Numbered from the stretch's first letter, positions 1 to 16,416 are shown. The stretch is 64,000 bases of DNA from Eledone cirrhosa (GCA_964016885.1 OZ024740.1:222766001-222830000), one strand, 5' to 3'. Translations and numbers: made by a program. The notes: a model not told the origin generated them from the letters alone.

Positions 1-2003
1 AGACAGTGCATGTTGTTAGAAATATGGTAACAAAAGAATTAAATTAAAAATTTGCTCGATTTTAGTAAAATATGTAACGTTTTCATGATTAAGTTGATAT
101 GTGGAACGTTACTAAACACAAATTTAAAAAATAAAATTAAGATGAAATATTTTGATATAAGTATGAATACTTTAAAAAGGGCAATATCGTATGATAGAAC
201 CAGGAGTGGTTTCATGCTGGTTGATGTCAAAAAAGATGCAGGCATGACTATACGGTTAAGAAGTCCAAATTTAAAACAGCATGATTCCTGGTTTCATCCC
301 ACCACACCAGTAACCTAAATATGTTTTACACAGAAGGCATTAGTTAGCCTCAGACTCTGACACTCTTTTAACATGGATTCAGTCTAATCAATGCATTGAA
401 CATGAAATTTGATAGGTCTTTTCAGTCACATCATGTATGCTACAATAACTCAAGAGCTGGTGCCACAATAAAATGGACTCTGTACAGTATGCAAAGTGTT
501 TGACATTAGAAAAGACATCCTGTCATAGAAACCTTGCTACGCAAAGAACTTAAAGGTTTCTTCAGTTGTGTCAAGAACAAAACTGCCCCCACGTGTCATG
601 CTGATGGCACTCAACATGCTCTATAGCTTCTAGCTACAGAAACACGCCAAAGCCAGAATGTATGTAAGTAAGATATAGCCTCCTAGCCTGTTTGTGAGAA
701 CAGTAACTCTGATTCAGTATTCACTTCGTCTGTGATGTTCCCACCTAATCAAGATGGTATAATGAATGTTAAATGTTAAATAGCCAGATACACTTTCTGA
801 GAACAGCCCATAGTATAATCATTTCTTAAGTATGGCCTTCTCTGTTCTGTCTGCCAGGACCATGGAGAGGGCAGTGCATGGGACTCCATTTGCTCATAAT
901 AGTGAGAGATGGGGAGGATGAAAGAGACGGAGTCGATGTCAGTGGGACATCTGTCATTCAGGCCTGGTGTACATGTGTGTGTATTTTTACACAATCAAAC
1001 CTTTCATCTCCTTTTCATGTAGTTCATTTATTGTTTCTTTTTAAAATTAATCTCCCAACTGCTGCTCCACCCTTTCATAGAACGATATATGTTAGTTTAC
1101 AAGGTTGACTAAATTGAGGAATTTCGATATTATTTAAATAAGCTGATGCAATACTTTCTTCATAATTCGCATTTTTAGAGGAAAACTAAACTTTGCACAG
1201 AAATATTTTAGATAACTATTGCATCGATGAAATCAATAATAAAATATCTAGTAAAGTATTGTATATATCACTGGTATCTGTCACAATTACTAAGGTGTGA
1301 GATGTGTTGTTTATGAAGGATATAAAAACAAATATAATAACTTGTTTTCAATATAGATATGCATGCAGCAATTGACACACATGCATGCACACATACCACC
1401 AATCCACTGCCCTCTGGATTACTACTTTATTTTATTGACCCCAAGAAGATGAAAGGTAAAGTAGACCTCAGTGGGATTTGAACTCAGAGTACAGTGAACC
1501 AGAACAAATCTGATGCTTTAATTACTTTACCAGCAATAACTTATACTTTTTTTTATTGAAGATTGTGTATGCAATTTGCAAGGGAAATACATGCCATACT
1601 CTCTTAACATTTCAATACACTCTTGTAACGATATCCTGTTATATAAGAAATATATCCAACAGTTCATTAGATATTCTGTCAAAATATTATGAGGTGTTCT
1701 GCCTACACTACAATAGAGAAAAGATTAGTACAAAACAATATAGAAACAAAAATTATTAGGAACCAATATTTTTTGATAAATTCCATAAATTCGAAAAATG
1801 AGATCTTTAGATGATTCCATGCTGAATTTTGTAAGTCTTTCATTCACAATCACACCCTCTCTCAACTTCTGCTTCCTCTCTCCCCTTCTCACCCCCTCTC
1901 ACACTATTAATTTATCTACCTCACCTTCCCCATATCTCACAAAGAGACTCATTTTATCTTTCTGATTTTCTATATATTTATATATTTATATATATATATA
2001 TAT

Positions 2004-2338
2004 ATCATCATCATCATCATCATCAACGTTTAACGTCCGTGTTCCACGCTTGCATGGGTTTGGACGGGGGTAGTCCCACTTGAGGCAAGAGTGATTGTCT
2101 TGCTCGCATAGGACTGTCTGGCAGGTTTTCTACAGTTGGATGCCCTTCCTAACACCAACCACATTTACAGTGTGGGTCTGGGAGGTTTTTACCGTGTTGC
2201 CTACACGGCCACATTACAGCGTGGACTGTGTGTTTTTTTTGTCGTGACACCTACACGATCTCATTTGTTTCAGCCTGGATGGCGCGGCACCAACATAACT
2301 TTACATAGAACGGGGTGGTGTGGATGGGGTGGGGGTGG
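2004..2338 (-). mobile_element. 5'-truncated copy (3' UTR only) of the same young RTE
   Basis: Near-identical to 16441-16774 (3 differences seen by eye). (ATC)n abuts (TA)n. Confidence 0.95.
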
Positions 2339-3939
2339 TGGTGGTGGATATATATGTATGCATGTATGTATCCTCCACTCTATACCTCACAGGCACATTT
2401 TATCATACCAGCTTCCCAAAATATTATTTTCTAAGTTTCTCCTTCTCTCGCTCCCCTCTATCTCTCATCTTCTTTCCCTATCTTTCACATCCTCCACTTC
2501 CCATATCTCTCAAATACACACACTCTATTACTCCCTCACTCCGTTTTTGCTACATATTATTGATAAATACATGAAATGTCACAGTCTTTAAATTCATTGT
2601 GAAGGAAATTTCATTATGTAACAATAGCATAATTAACAACAAGGCATGAATCTTTCATTGGTGAGCACTAATTACTATCAGTAGTGCTAATTGTATTCAG
2701 GACTACCTTTTGTCTCATTCTTTCACTTCATTATAGCATTGAACCACAATTTAAGGTTAGCTTGTAGTAATGATAATTCTTTCTATCGTATGGTCTTACC
2801 TCACATGAACTACACCTAAACAATTATAATGACTACCAATACCACCACAACAAACAATACATCCTGCTCTGCCACTACCATTGTCAATTTCATCAACACC
2901 ACCATCAATATCAACACCATCACACCCACTACCACCACCATTAGCATCAAGACCACATCAATTGCAACTAAACCATCCCAATGACAACCAATAACCCCAC
3001 CACTGACATTCACAAACAACACCACCACCTCCATTAATATCAGACCATCAACAACTAAACCATCACAATGTGTATCAACAGCATCACAACAAACACCATA
3101 ACAAGCTCCATCAACGTGATCTTTTCAATAACTAAACCATCACAATGAATACCGACACCACCACAATCACCACCATCAACTATCACCACCATCATTACCC
3201 ACCATCACTCCCACCATCACCACCATCATCAGCATCACACCAACTAGACTATCAGAGTGACTTCAAATATCTCTACAATCCCTTCCTTCTAGCTATCAGA
3301 GTCATCAGCACTACCTTCATCATCATCACCCCCACCACCACCAGTATTGTGGCTATCAACATCACATCAACACTATGACTGTGAATAACACCACCACAGC
3401 AAACAACACACCACCCACCACAGCCTCCACCATCATCAATGTCATCATCATCATCATCATCACCATCAGCATCAGACCATCTGCAACTAAACCATCACAA
3501 TGACCATGAACACCATCACCACCGCCACAACCATGAATATCCCATCAACTAGACCAACAGAATGACTTCGAATATCGATACATCCCTCCACAGCCACCAC
3601 TGTCACAAGCACTACCCTCTACAACATCACCAACACCATCACAATGGCTATGGGCATCACATCAACTACAACTAAACCAACACAATAACTATGAATAACA
3701 CCACAACAAAAAGACACACCAGCCAGTTCTGTCACCACTATTGACAACATCATCTTCATGACACTAGATATCAAAACCAACAAAATAAATCCCTGTCACC
3801 ACCACCATCAAAATTATATCATCCACAACAAGACCATCACATTGATTACCACCGCACACCACCGCACACTAATACAACAACTAACAATACAGCAAAGACC
3901 AACAAAACAACAAAACAACACAACAGTCAACAGCACAAA

Positions 3940-6900
3940 TATCAACACCACAACAGCCAAAGCCACAACCAACTACACATAAGAACCAACACCACAACAG
4001 CCAATGCCACAACACCAAAACAGACTATGCCACAACATCACAACAGTCAATGCCACAACACCACACCAGCAAATGCCACAACACCAAAACACCACAACAG
4101 CCAAAGCCACAACATCACAACACCACAACAGCCAATACCACAACACCACAACAGCCAATGCCACAACTCCACATCAGTCAACACCACAACACTACAACCA
4201 CCAATACCACAACACCACAAAATCCAATACCACAATATCACAACAGTCAATGCAACAACACCATAATAGACAATGCCACAACACCACAACAGCCAATACC
4301 ACAACACCACAATAGAGAATGCAGCAACACCACAAAGGCCAATGCCACAACACCACAACACCACAACAGCCAATGACACAACATCACAACACCACATCAG
4401 CCAATGCCACAACACCACAACACCACAACAGCCAATGACACAACATCACAACACCACATCAGCCAATGCCACAACACCACAACACCACAACAGCCAATGC
4501 CACAACACCACAATAGTAAATGCCACTACATCACAACATTCAATCCCACATTACCACAACAGCCAATGCCACAACACCACAACAGCCCAAGCCACAACAC
4601 CACAACAGTCAATGCCACAACACCACATCAGTCAATACCTCAACACCACAACAGCCAATGCCACAACACCACAATAGACAATGCCACAACACCACAACAA
4701 CCAAAGCCCTAACACTACAACAGCGAATGCCTTAACACCACAAAAGGCAATGCCACAAGACACAAGACCATAAGACCACAACACCACAACAACCAAAGCC
4801 CTAACACTACAACAGCCAATGCCCTAACACCACAACAGACAATACCACAACATCACAACAGCCAATGCCACAACAGCCAATGCATCAAGAGCTCAACTTC
4901 ATAACGGCCAATGCCACAACACCACAACAACCAATGCCACAAATCCACAACAGTCAACACCACAACAGCTAATGCCACAACATCACAACACTGAATACCA
5001 CAACATCAGTCATTTCCACAACATGACAACAATCAATCCCACAACACCACAACAGCCAGGGTCACAACACCACACAGCCAATGCCATAACACCACAACAG
5101 CTAATGCCACAACATCACACAGTCAATCCCACAACACCACAACAGTCAATGCCACCACATCACAACAGTCAATGCCACAACCCCACAACAGCCAATGCGA
5201 CACCATCACAACCGTCAATGCCACAACACCACAACAGCCAATGCCACAACATCACAACAGTCAATGCCACAACACCATAACAGCCAAGGCCACAACACCA
5301 CACAGCCAATGCCACAACACCAAAACAGCTAATGCCACAACCTCACACCATTCAATGCCACAACCCCACAACAGCCAATGCCACAACCCCACAACAGCCA
5401 ATGCCACAACACTAAAACAGCTAATTCCACAACATCACAAGAGTCAATGCCACAACCTCACAACAGTCAATGCCACAACACCACAACAGCCAATGCCACA
5501 ACACCACAACAGCCAATGCCAAAACAACACAACGGCCTATGCCACAACACCACAATGGTGAATGCCACATCACCAAAACAGCCAATGCCACAACACCACA
5601 ACAGCCAATACCACAACAGCACAACAGTAAATGCCACAAAACCACAACAGCCAATGCCACAACACCTCAACAGCCAATGCAACAACACCTCAGCAACTAA
5701 TGTCACAACATGACAACAGCCAATTTCACACATCACAACAGCCAATGCCACATCACCACAAAAGTCAAAGCCACAAAACCATAACAGCCAATGCCACAAC
5801 ACCACAACACCACAACAACCAATGCCCTAACACCACAACAGCCAATGCCCTAACACCACAATAGCCAATGCCATAACACCAAAACAATCAATGCCACAAA
5901 ACCACAACAGCTAATGTCACAACATAACAACAGCCAATGGCAAAATATCACAACAGCCACTGCCACAACACCACAACAGTCAATGCCACAACACAACAAC
6001 AGCCAATGCCACAACACAACAAGACCACAACACCACAACACCACAACAACCAATGACCTAACACCACAAGAGGGAATGCCACAACACCACAACAGTGAAT
6101 GCCACAACACTAGTAAAGCCAATGCCACAACATCACAACCGTCAATGCCATAACATCACAACATTCAATGCCATAACACCACAACAGCCAATGCCACAAC
6201 ACCTCAACTGTCAATGCCACAACACCACAACAGCCAAAGCAACAACATCATAACAGTCAGTGTCACAAACCACAACAGCCAATGCCACAACATCACAACA
6301 GTCAAAGCCACAACACCACAACAAGCAATTCCACAACACCACAACACCACAACCACCAATGCCCATACATCACAACAGCCAATGCCAGAACATCATAAAA
6401 GTCAATGTCACAAACCACAACAGCCAATGCCACAACATCACAACAGTCAATTCCACAACACCACAACAAGCAATGCCACAACACCACAACAGTCAATGTC
6501 ACAACACCCAGTGCCACAACACCACAACAGCCAATGACACACTACCTCAACTGTCAATGCCACATCATCACAACAGCCAGTGCCACAATATCATAACAGT
6601 CAGAGTCACAAACCACAACAGCCAATGCCACAACATCACAACAGTCAATGCCACAACACCACAACAAGCAATGCCACATCATTACAACAGTCAATGCCAC
6701 AAACAGCCAGTTCCACAACACGACAACATCCAATGGCACAACACAACAGCCAATACCACAACACCACAGCTGTCAATGCCACAACACAACAACAGTCAAT
6801 GCCGCAATACAACAGCCAATACCAGAACACCACAGCTTTCAATGCCTCATCACCACAACAGTTAACACTACAACAGCTACTGCCGCAACATTACAACAGT

Positions 6901-9900
6901 CAATGCCACAACAACATAACAGCCAATGCTACTACACCACAACAGTCAATGCCACAACACCACAACATACAATGCCACAATACCACAACAACCAATGCCA
7001 CAATACCTGAAAAGTCAATGCCACAACAGCCAGTGCCACAACGCCAGAACAGCCAATGCAACAACACCACAACAGTCAATGCCACGACAGCCAATACCAC
7101 AATACCACAACACCACAACAGTCAATGACACAGCATCACAAAATTCAATGCCACAACACCACAACACCTCAACTGGCAATGCAACAACACCACAACAGCC
7201 AATGCCACAACACATTTACAATAGTCAATGTCACAATCCACAACATCCTATGCCACAACATCACAACAGCCACTGTAACAAAACCACAATGGCCTATGTC
7301 ACAACACCACAAGAGTGAATGCCACATCACCACATCAGCCAATGCCAATGCCACAATACCACAACAGCCAATGCTACATCAGCAAAACATCACAACAGCC
7401 AATGCCACAACATGACAACAGCCAATATCACAACACCACAGCAGTCAACACCAGAACAGCTAATGCCACAACATCACAACAGTCAATGCCACAACATCAC
7501 AACAGTCAATGCCACATCATCACGACAGTCAATGCCCCAACACCATAACAGCCAATGCCACTAGACCACAACAGCCAAGGCCACAACACCACACAGCCAA
7601 TGCCATAACACCACAACAGCTAATGCCACAACCTCACAACAGTCAATGCGACAACACCACAACAGCCAATGTCACAACATCACAACGGCCTATGTCACAA
7701 CCCCACAAGATTGAATGCCACAACACCACATCAGCCAATGCAAATGCCAAAATAAGACAACTGCCAATGCTGCATCAGCAAAACATCACAACAGCCAATG
7801 CTACAACACCACAACAGTTAACACTACAACAGCTAATGCCACAACATCACAACAGTCAAAGCCACAACATCACAACAGTCAATGCCACAACATTACAACA
7901 GTCAATGCCACAACAACATAAAAGCCAATGCCACTACACCACAACGACCAAGGCCACAACACCACACAGCAAATGCCATAATACCACAACAGCTAATGCC
8001 AGAGCATCACAACAGTCAATGCCACAACACCACAACAGCTAATGCCACAACACCACAAAAGCCAATGCAACAACACCACAACAGCCAATGCAACAATGCC
8101 ACAATAGCTAATATCACAACATTCCATGCCACAACATAACCACAGCCAAAGCCACATCACCACAAAAACCAAACCACAACACCACAACAACCAATGCCCT
8201 AACACCACAACAGCCAATGCCCTAACACCACAATAGCCAATGCCATAACACCACAACAGTCAATGCCACAAAACCACAACAGCTAATGTCACAACATAAC
8301 AACAACCAATGGCACAACATCACAACAACCAATGCCACAGCACTACAACAGTCAATGTCATAAAATCACAACATTCAATGCCACAACACCACAACAGACA
8401 ATGCCACAAAACCACAACAGCCTATGCCACAACACCACAACAACCAATGCCACAAGACCACAACAGCCAATTCCACAACATGACAACAGTCAATGCCATA
8501 ACACCACAACACTGTATGCCACACCACCACAACTGCCAATGCCACAAAATCACAACAGCCAATGCCACCACATCTCAACAGTCAATGCCACAACACCACA
8601 ACAGCTAATGCCGCAACATCACAACAGTCAGTGCCACAATATCACAATATTCAATGCCACAACACCACAACAGCCAATGCCACAACACCACAACAGCCAA
8701 TGCCACAACACCATAACAGCCAATGCCACAACATCGGAACAGTCAATACCACAACACCACAACAGCTAATGCCACAACACCACAACAGTGAAATGCAACA
8801 GCACCACAAAAGCCAATGCGACAACGCCAAAATAACTAATATCACAACATTTCAACAGCCAATGCCACAACATAACAACAGCCAATGCCACATTACCACA
8901 AAAATCAAACCACAACACCACAACAACCAATGCCCTAACAAAACAACAGCTAATGCCCTAACACCACAATAGCCAATGCCATAACACCACAACAGTCAAT
9001 GCCACAAAACCACAACAGCTAATGTCACTACATAACAACAGCCAATGCCACCACACAACAACAGCCAATGCCACAACACCCCAATAGTCAATGCCAATGC
9101 CACAATACCGCAACAGCCAATGCTACATCATCACAACAACATAACAGCCAATGCCACAACATTACAACAGTGAATGTCACAACACCACAACAGCCAATGC
9201 CACAACACCACAACAGCCAATGCCACAACACCACAACAGCCAATGCCACAATAACACAAGTGTCAATGCCATAACACCACAACAGCCAATGCCACAACAA
9301 CACAAGTGTCAATGCCATAACACCACAACAGCCAAGGCCACAACATGACAACAGCCAATGCCATAACACCACAACACTGTATGCCACAACATCACAACTG
9401 CCAATGCCACAAAACCACAACAGCCAATGCCACCACATCTCAACAGTCAATGCCACAACAGCACAACAGCTAATGCCGCAACATAACAACAGTCAATGCA
9501 ACAATATCACAATATTCAAAGCCACAACACCACAACAGCCAATGCAACAACACCACAACAGCCAATGCCACAACACCACAACAGTGAATGCCACAATACA
9601 CAACAGCCAATGTCACAATACCACAACAGCCAATGCCACAACCGCACAACAGTGAATGCCACAAGACCATAATGGCCAATGCCACAACACCACAACAACC
9701 AATGCCACAACAACACAACAGTCAATGCCACAGCTCCACAATAGCCAATGCCACAGCATCACAACAGCCAATGCCATAACACCACAACAGTGTATGCCAC
9801 AACATCACAACAGCCAATGCCACAACACCACAACAGCCTATGCCACAACACCACAAAGGAGAATGCCACAACACCACAACAACCAATGCCACAACACCAC

Positions 9901-12900
9901 AACAGCCAATGCCACAACAACACAAGTGTCAATGCCATAACACCACAACAGCCAATGCCACGCCATGACAACAGCCAATGCCATAACACCACAAAACTGT
10001 ATGCCACAACACCACAACTGCCAATGCCACAAAACCACAACAGCCAATGCCACCACATCTCAACAGTCAATGCCACAACACCACAACAGCTAATGCCGCA
10101 ACATGACAACAGCCAATGCCATAACACCACAAAACTGTATGCCACAACACCACAACTGCCAATGCCACAAAACCACAACAGCCAATGCCACCACATCTCA
10201 ACAGTCAATGCCACAACACCACAACAGCTAATGCCGCAACATCACAACAGTCAATGCGAAAATATCACAATATTCAATGCCACAACACCACAACAGCCAA
10301 TGCCACAACACCATAACAGCCAATGCCACAACATAAGAACAGTCAATACCCCAACACCACAACAGCTAATGCCACAACACCACAACAGCCAATGCCACAA
10401 CACCATCACAGCCAATGCCACAACACCATAACAGCCAATGCCACAACATAAGAACAGTCAATACCACAACATCACAACAGTCAATGCCACAATATCACAA
10501 TATTCAATGCCACAACACCACAACAGCCAATGCCACAACACCATAACAGCCAATGCCACAACATAAGAACAGTCAATACCACAACACCACAACAGCTAAT
10601 GCCACAACACCACAACAGCCAATGCAACATCACCACAACAGCCAATGCAACAACACCACAACATAACAACAGCCCATGCCACATCACCACAAAAACCAAA
10701 CCACAACACCACAACAACCAATGCCCTAACACCACAATAGCCAATGCCATAACACCACAACAGTCAATGCCACAACACAACAACAATGAATGTCACACCA
10801 CCACAAAAGCCAATGTCACAACATCTCAATAGCCAATGCCACAACATCACAACAGTCAATGTCACAAGCCACAACAGCTACTGCAACAACAACACAACAT
10901 TCAATGCCACAACACCACAACAGCCAATGTCACAACATCATAACAGTGAATATCACAAGCCACTACAGCCAATGCCACAACATCACAAGTGTCAATGCCA
11001 CAACACCACAACAAGCAATGCCACAACACAACAACAGTCAATACAACAACAGCCAATGCCACCACACAACAACAGCCAATGCCACCACACAACAACAGCC
11101 AATGCCACAACACCACAACAGCCAATGCTACAACATTACAACAGTCAATTCCACAACATCACAACAGCCAATGCTACAATATCACAACGGTGAATGTCAC
11201 AACACCACAACAACCAATGCCACAACATCACAACAGTCAATATCACAAGCCACAACAGCCAATGCCACAACATCACAAGTGTCAATGCCACAACACCACA
11301 ACAAGCAATGCCACAACACCAAAACAGTCAATACAACAACAGCCAATGCCACCACACAATAACAGCCAATGCCACAACACAACAACAGACAATGCCACAC
11401 CATCAAAACAGCCAATGGCACAATATCACAACATTGAATGTCACAACACCACAACAACCAATGCCACAACACCACAAGAGTCAATACAACAACAGCCAAT
11501 GCCACCACACAACAACAACCAATGCCACAACACCCCAATATTCAATGCCAATGCCACAATACCACAGCAGCCAATGCTACATCATCACAACACCACAACA
11601 GCCAATGCCACAAGATTACAACAGTCAATTCCACAACATCACAAAAGACAATGCCACACCATAAACAACAGCCAATGCCACAATATCGCAACAGTGAATG
11701 TCACAACACCACAACAACCAATGCCACAACACCACAACAGCCAATGCCACAACAACACAAGAGCCAATGCCACAACACCACAACAGTCAAAGCCACCACA
11801 TGACAACAGCCAATGCCATAACACCACAATACTGTATGCCACAACATCACAACTGCCAATGCCACAAAACCACAACAGCCAATGCCACAATATCACAATA
11901 TTCAAAGCCACAACACCACAACAGCCAATGCCACAACACCACAACAGTGAATGCCACAATACACAAAGGCCTATGCCACAAAACCACAACAGCCAATGCC
12001 ACAACCGCACAACAGTGAATGCCACAACACCACGGCAGCCAATGCCACAACACCACAATAGCCAATGCCACAGCATCACAACAGCCAATGCCATAACACC
12101 ACAAAAGTGTATGCCACAACATCACAACAGTCAATGCCATAATACCACAACAGCTAATGCCACAACATCACAACAGACAATGCCACAACACCACAACAGC
12201 CAATGCCACAACATTACAACAGTCAATGCCACAACACCAGAACAGACAATGCCACACAATCACAACAGCCAATGTCAAAACACCACAACAGACAATGCCA
12301 CAACACCACAACAGAGAATGCCACAATACCACAACAGCCGATGCCACAACACCACAACAATACAAGAGCCAATGCCATAACACCGCAACAATCAAACCCA
12401 CAACACCACAACAGCCAACGCCATAACACCATAACAGTCAATGGCACAGCATCACAACAGTCAATGCCACAAGACCACAACAGCCAATGTCACAAAATGA
12501 CAACACTGAATGCCACAACACCACAACAACCAATGCCATAACACTACAACAGCCAATGCCCTAATACCACAACAGCCAATGCCACAACACTACAACAGCC
12601 ACTGCCACAACACCACAACAGCCAATGCCACAACAGCACAAGAGTGAATGACACAACACCACAACAGCTAATGCCACAACACCATAACGACCAATGCCAC
12701 AGCAGCACAATAGAAAATGCCACAACACCACAACAGCCAATTCCACAACACCATAACAGCTAATGTCACAACATCACAACAGTCAACACCACAACACCAC
12801 AACAGCAATGCCACAGCACACAACAGCCAATGCCACAACACCACAACAGTCAATACCATAACCCCACAACAGCCAATGCCACAACATCACAATAGTCTAT

Positions 12901-14720
12901 GCCACAGCACCACAGCAGCCAATGCTACACCAGCACAACTGCCAAAGCCACAACACCACAACAGCTAATGTTACAATATAACAACAGCCAAAGCCACACC
13001 ACCACAACATCCAATGCCACAACTCCACATCAGTCAACACCACAACACTACAACCACCAATACCACAACACCACAACAGCCAATGTTACAATATCACAAC
13101 AGCCAAAGCCACAACACCACAACAGCCACTGCCACAACACCACAACAGTCAATACCACAGCACCAACACCACAACACCACAACAGGCACTGCCACAATCC
13201 CACAGCAGTGCCACAACACCACAACACTCAATGCCTCCACACCAACACAGCCAATGCCGCAACATCACAACAGTCAATGCCTCACATTCATAACGGCCAA
13301 TGACACCAGAGCACAACAACCAATACCACAACATCACAACAGCCGATGCCACAACACCACAATGGTGAATGCCATAACACCACAATAGCCAATTCCACAA
13401 CACCACAACAGCCAATGCCACAACATCACAACATTCATTGCCACAACATCACAACAGTCAATGCCACAACACCACAGCAGCCAATGCCAAAACACCACAA
13501 CAGCCAATGCCATAACACTACAACAGTCAATGCCCCAACACCAGAACAGCCAATCCCACAACACCACAACAGCCAATGCCACAACACCACAACAGCCAAT
13601 GCCACAACATCACAACAGTCATTGCCACAACATCACAGCAGTCAATGCCACAACACCACAACAGCCAATGCCACAACACCACACCAGCCAATGCCATAAC
13701 ACTACAACAGTCAATGCCACAACACCAGAACAGCCAATCCCACAACATCATAACAGCCAATACCATAACACCACAACAGTGAATGCCACAATATCACAAC
13801 AGTCAACACCACAACAGCTAATGCCACAACACCAAACACTCAATGCCATAACATCACAACACTCAATCCCACAACATCACAACACTCAACACCACAACAG
13901 CCAAAGCCACAACACCATAACAGCCAATGTTACAATATCACAACAGCCAAAGCCACAACACCACAACACCACAACAGCCACTGCCACAACACCACAACAC
14001 CACAACAGGCACTGCCACAATCCCACAGCAGCCAGTGCCACAACACCACAACACTCAATGCCACAACACCACCACAGCCAATGCCGCAACATCACAACAG
14101 TCATTGCCACAACATCACAACAGTCAATGCCACAACACCACATCAGCCAATGCCACAACACCACAACAGCCAATGCCATAACACCAGAACAGCCAATCCC
14201 ACAACATCACAACAGCCAATACCATAACACCACAACAGTGAATGCCACAACATCACAACAGTCAACACCACAACAGCTAATGCCACAACACCAAACACTC
14301 AATGCCATAACATCACAACACTCAATCCCACAACACCTCAACAGCCAATGCCACAACACCACAACAGCCACTGCCACAACACCTCAACAGCCAAAGTCAC
14401 AGCATCTCACCAGCCAAAGCCACAACACCACAACAGCCAAAGCCACACCACCACAACAGCCACTGCCACAACACCACAACAGTCAATGCGACAGCACCAC
14501 AACAGTCAATGCTACAATAACCAACACAACAACACCACAACAGGCACTGCCACAACACCACAGCAGTCAGTTAAACAACACCACAACAGTCAATGCCACA
14601 ACCACCTACACCACAACCACCAACACCACAACCACCAATGCCACAACCACTAAACCACAAGCTCAAACATCACACCAGTCAATGCCCCAACACCACAACA
14701 GCCAATGCCACCACCACCAA
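3940..14720. repeat. Large degenerate minisatellite, 23-bp consensus ACAACAGCCAATGCCACAACACC, with higher-order duplications
   Basis: The unit is visible throughout. The 23-nt period gives the recurring MPQHHNSQCHNTTTANATTPQQP pseudo-peptide in all + frames. Boundaries are approximate because the array fades into CAC/CAA/CAT low-complexity DNA (about 2820-3940 and 14720-15480). Confidence 0.95.
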
Positions 14721-14867
14721 CATTACAACCATTAAAGCAACCACCCATACAACAACCACCATCATCACAACAACTACCACCACCACTACCACTAATGCCA
14801 CCACAATCAACAGAACATCCTCGCCTATGACTGTCACTAACACCATCATCATTATTATATCTACCAA

Positions 14868-15062
14868 GGGTGGTGGATTGGCAGTATAGGTAGAAGATCG
14901 GATGCCATGCTTTCTAGCATGGAGTTACGGCCCTTTATGGTCATAGTTCAAATCCTGCCGAGGTTAACTTTGCCTTTCATCCTTACGGGGTTGATAAAAT
15001 AAAATACCAGTAATGCACTGGGATAACTGCCGTCCTTGTATCAAACGTAGAAACAATTATTA
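14868..15062 (+). mobile_element. Meta-type SINE, full length
   Basis: Aligns along its whole length with 30437-30620. Confidence 0.9.
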
Positions 15063-15873
15063 TATCTACCACCATCATTACCACCATATTTGATGTCACC
15101 ACCACCACTGCCATCACTATCATCATCACCTTCTCTGTTGGCATGAGAATGATGATGATGATGATGACCACCTAGACAACTCTATCAATACTACATCCTT
15201 TACAATGATTAGTACCAACACCACTACAAACTTCAATATAGCACACACTGCAACTGCAACTACAACCACCACCACCACCACCACCTTTCTCGCTATTACC
15301 ATCATCACCATTTGTGTAATCATGACCACCACTGCCTCTACCACCACCACCGCCACCACGGCCACCACCACCACCACCACTATCATCATCATTGTGATCA
15401 TCACTATCATGATCATAAATATCATTGTGATCACCATCATCATCAACACCACTAACATTACTACTACAATCAAGGATTAAAAAAAAAAGGACAATTTCCC
15501 TGTAATTCGATCACCTGTGATGTTTGCCATTTAATTTATCATTATTATTATTATTATCATTATTATTATTATTATTGTTGTTGTTATTATTATTTCATTT
15601 TTGACTGCTTTCACAAGGTGTTACTTATTGCAAAAAAAAAAAAAATTCTAATAAATAGATAAATAAATGAATCATAAGTAATGAGGCCTATTGAATATTG
15701 GATAATGTTTCAGCCTTCATAGCAGCTAATGATTAGATGACTAGTCTAAGGAAAGACAAAATGGAAGATGAGGTAGAATTTGTTGGACAAAAATACATAT
15801 ATGTATATCATATTATCATACAATATATATATCATCATCATCGTTTAATGTCTATTTTCCATGCTAGCATTGC

Positions 15874-15925
<52 letters not shown>

Positions 15926-15969
15926 TCACACACACACACACATACATGCATACATATATAGATAGATAG

Positions 15970-16014
<45 letters not shown>

Positions 16015-16029
16015 CACACATATATATAT

Positions 16030-16416
16030 GTAGGCACCTTTTAACCACTGTATCCCCAACAACCCACTTCTGTCCATACCACCCTTACACTGTGAACAAA
16101 ATATATCCAACTCACACTGTAAAGTGGTGATGTAGGTATCACAGCAAAAAGCACACAGCCCACTCTGTAAATTGACCATGTAGGTGTCACAACAAAAAGC
16201 TCACAGTCCACTCTGTAAAGTGGTCGTGTAGATGTCACAACAAAAAGAACCTAGCAGACACAGTAAATGTAGTTTGCATTAGAAAGGGCATCCATAGAAA
16301 CCTAGAGAAAAACAGTCCTATATGAGTAAGAAATGGTCACATAACCCAAATTACCTCAAATGGGATAGCATGTCTAATCTATGCTAGGGTGGAGATTGGA
16401 CAATGATGATGATGAT
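16030..16416 (+). mobile_element. Older RTE 3' UTR fragment, tail-to-tail with the young RTE
   Basis: About four ~50-bp subrepeats (cacactgtaaagtgg...acaacaaaaagc), then ttagaaagggcatcc and a (GAT)n tail. Confidence 0.85.

Noticed and set aside
52-318. Short ORFs as host exons (also 40038-40358, 48671-49018, 55099-55359)
   Set aside because: No recognisable domain or convincing splice context; small exons cannot be excluded without RNA data.
3940-14720. CRISPR-like array
   Set aside because: There are no unique spacers or cas genes; it is a contiguous degenerate tandem repeat in eukaryotic DNA.
4004-14889. Long PQHHNSQCHNTT-type ORFs (up to 463 aa) as a mucin-like or His-rich gene
   Set aside because: They arise in all frames and on both strands from a 23-nt unit, indels do not preserve frame, and no unique coding flank or signal peptide is seen.
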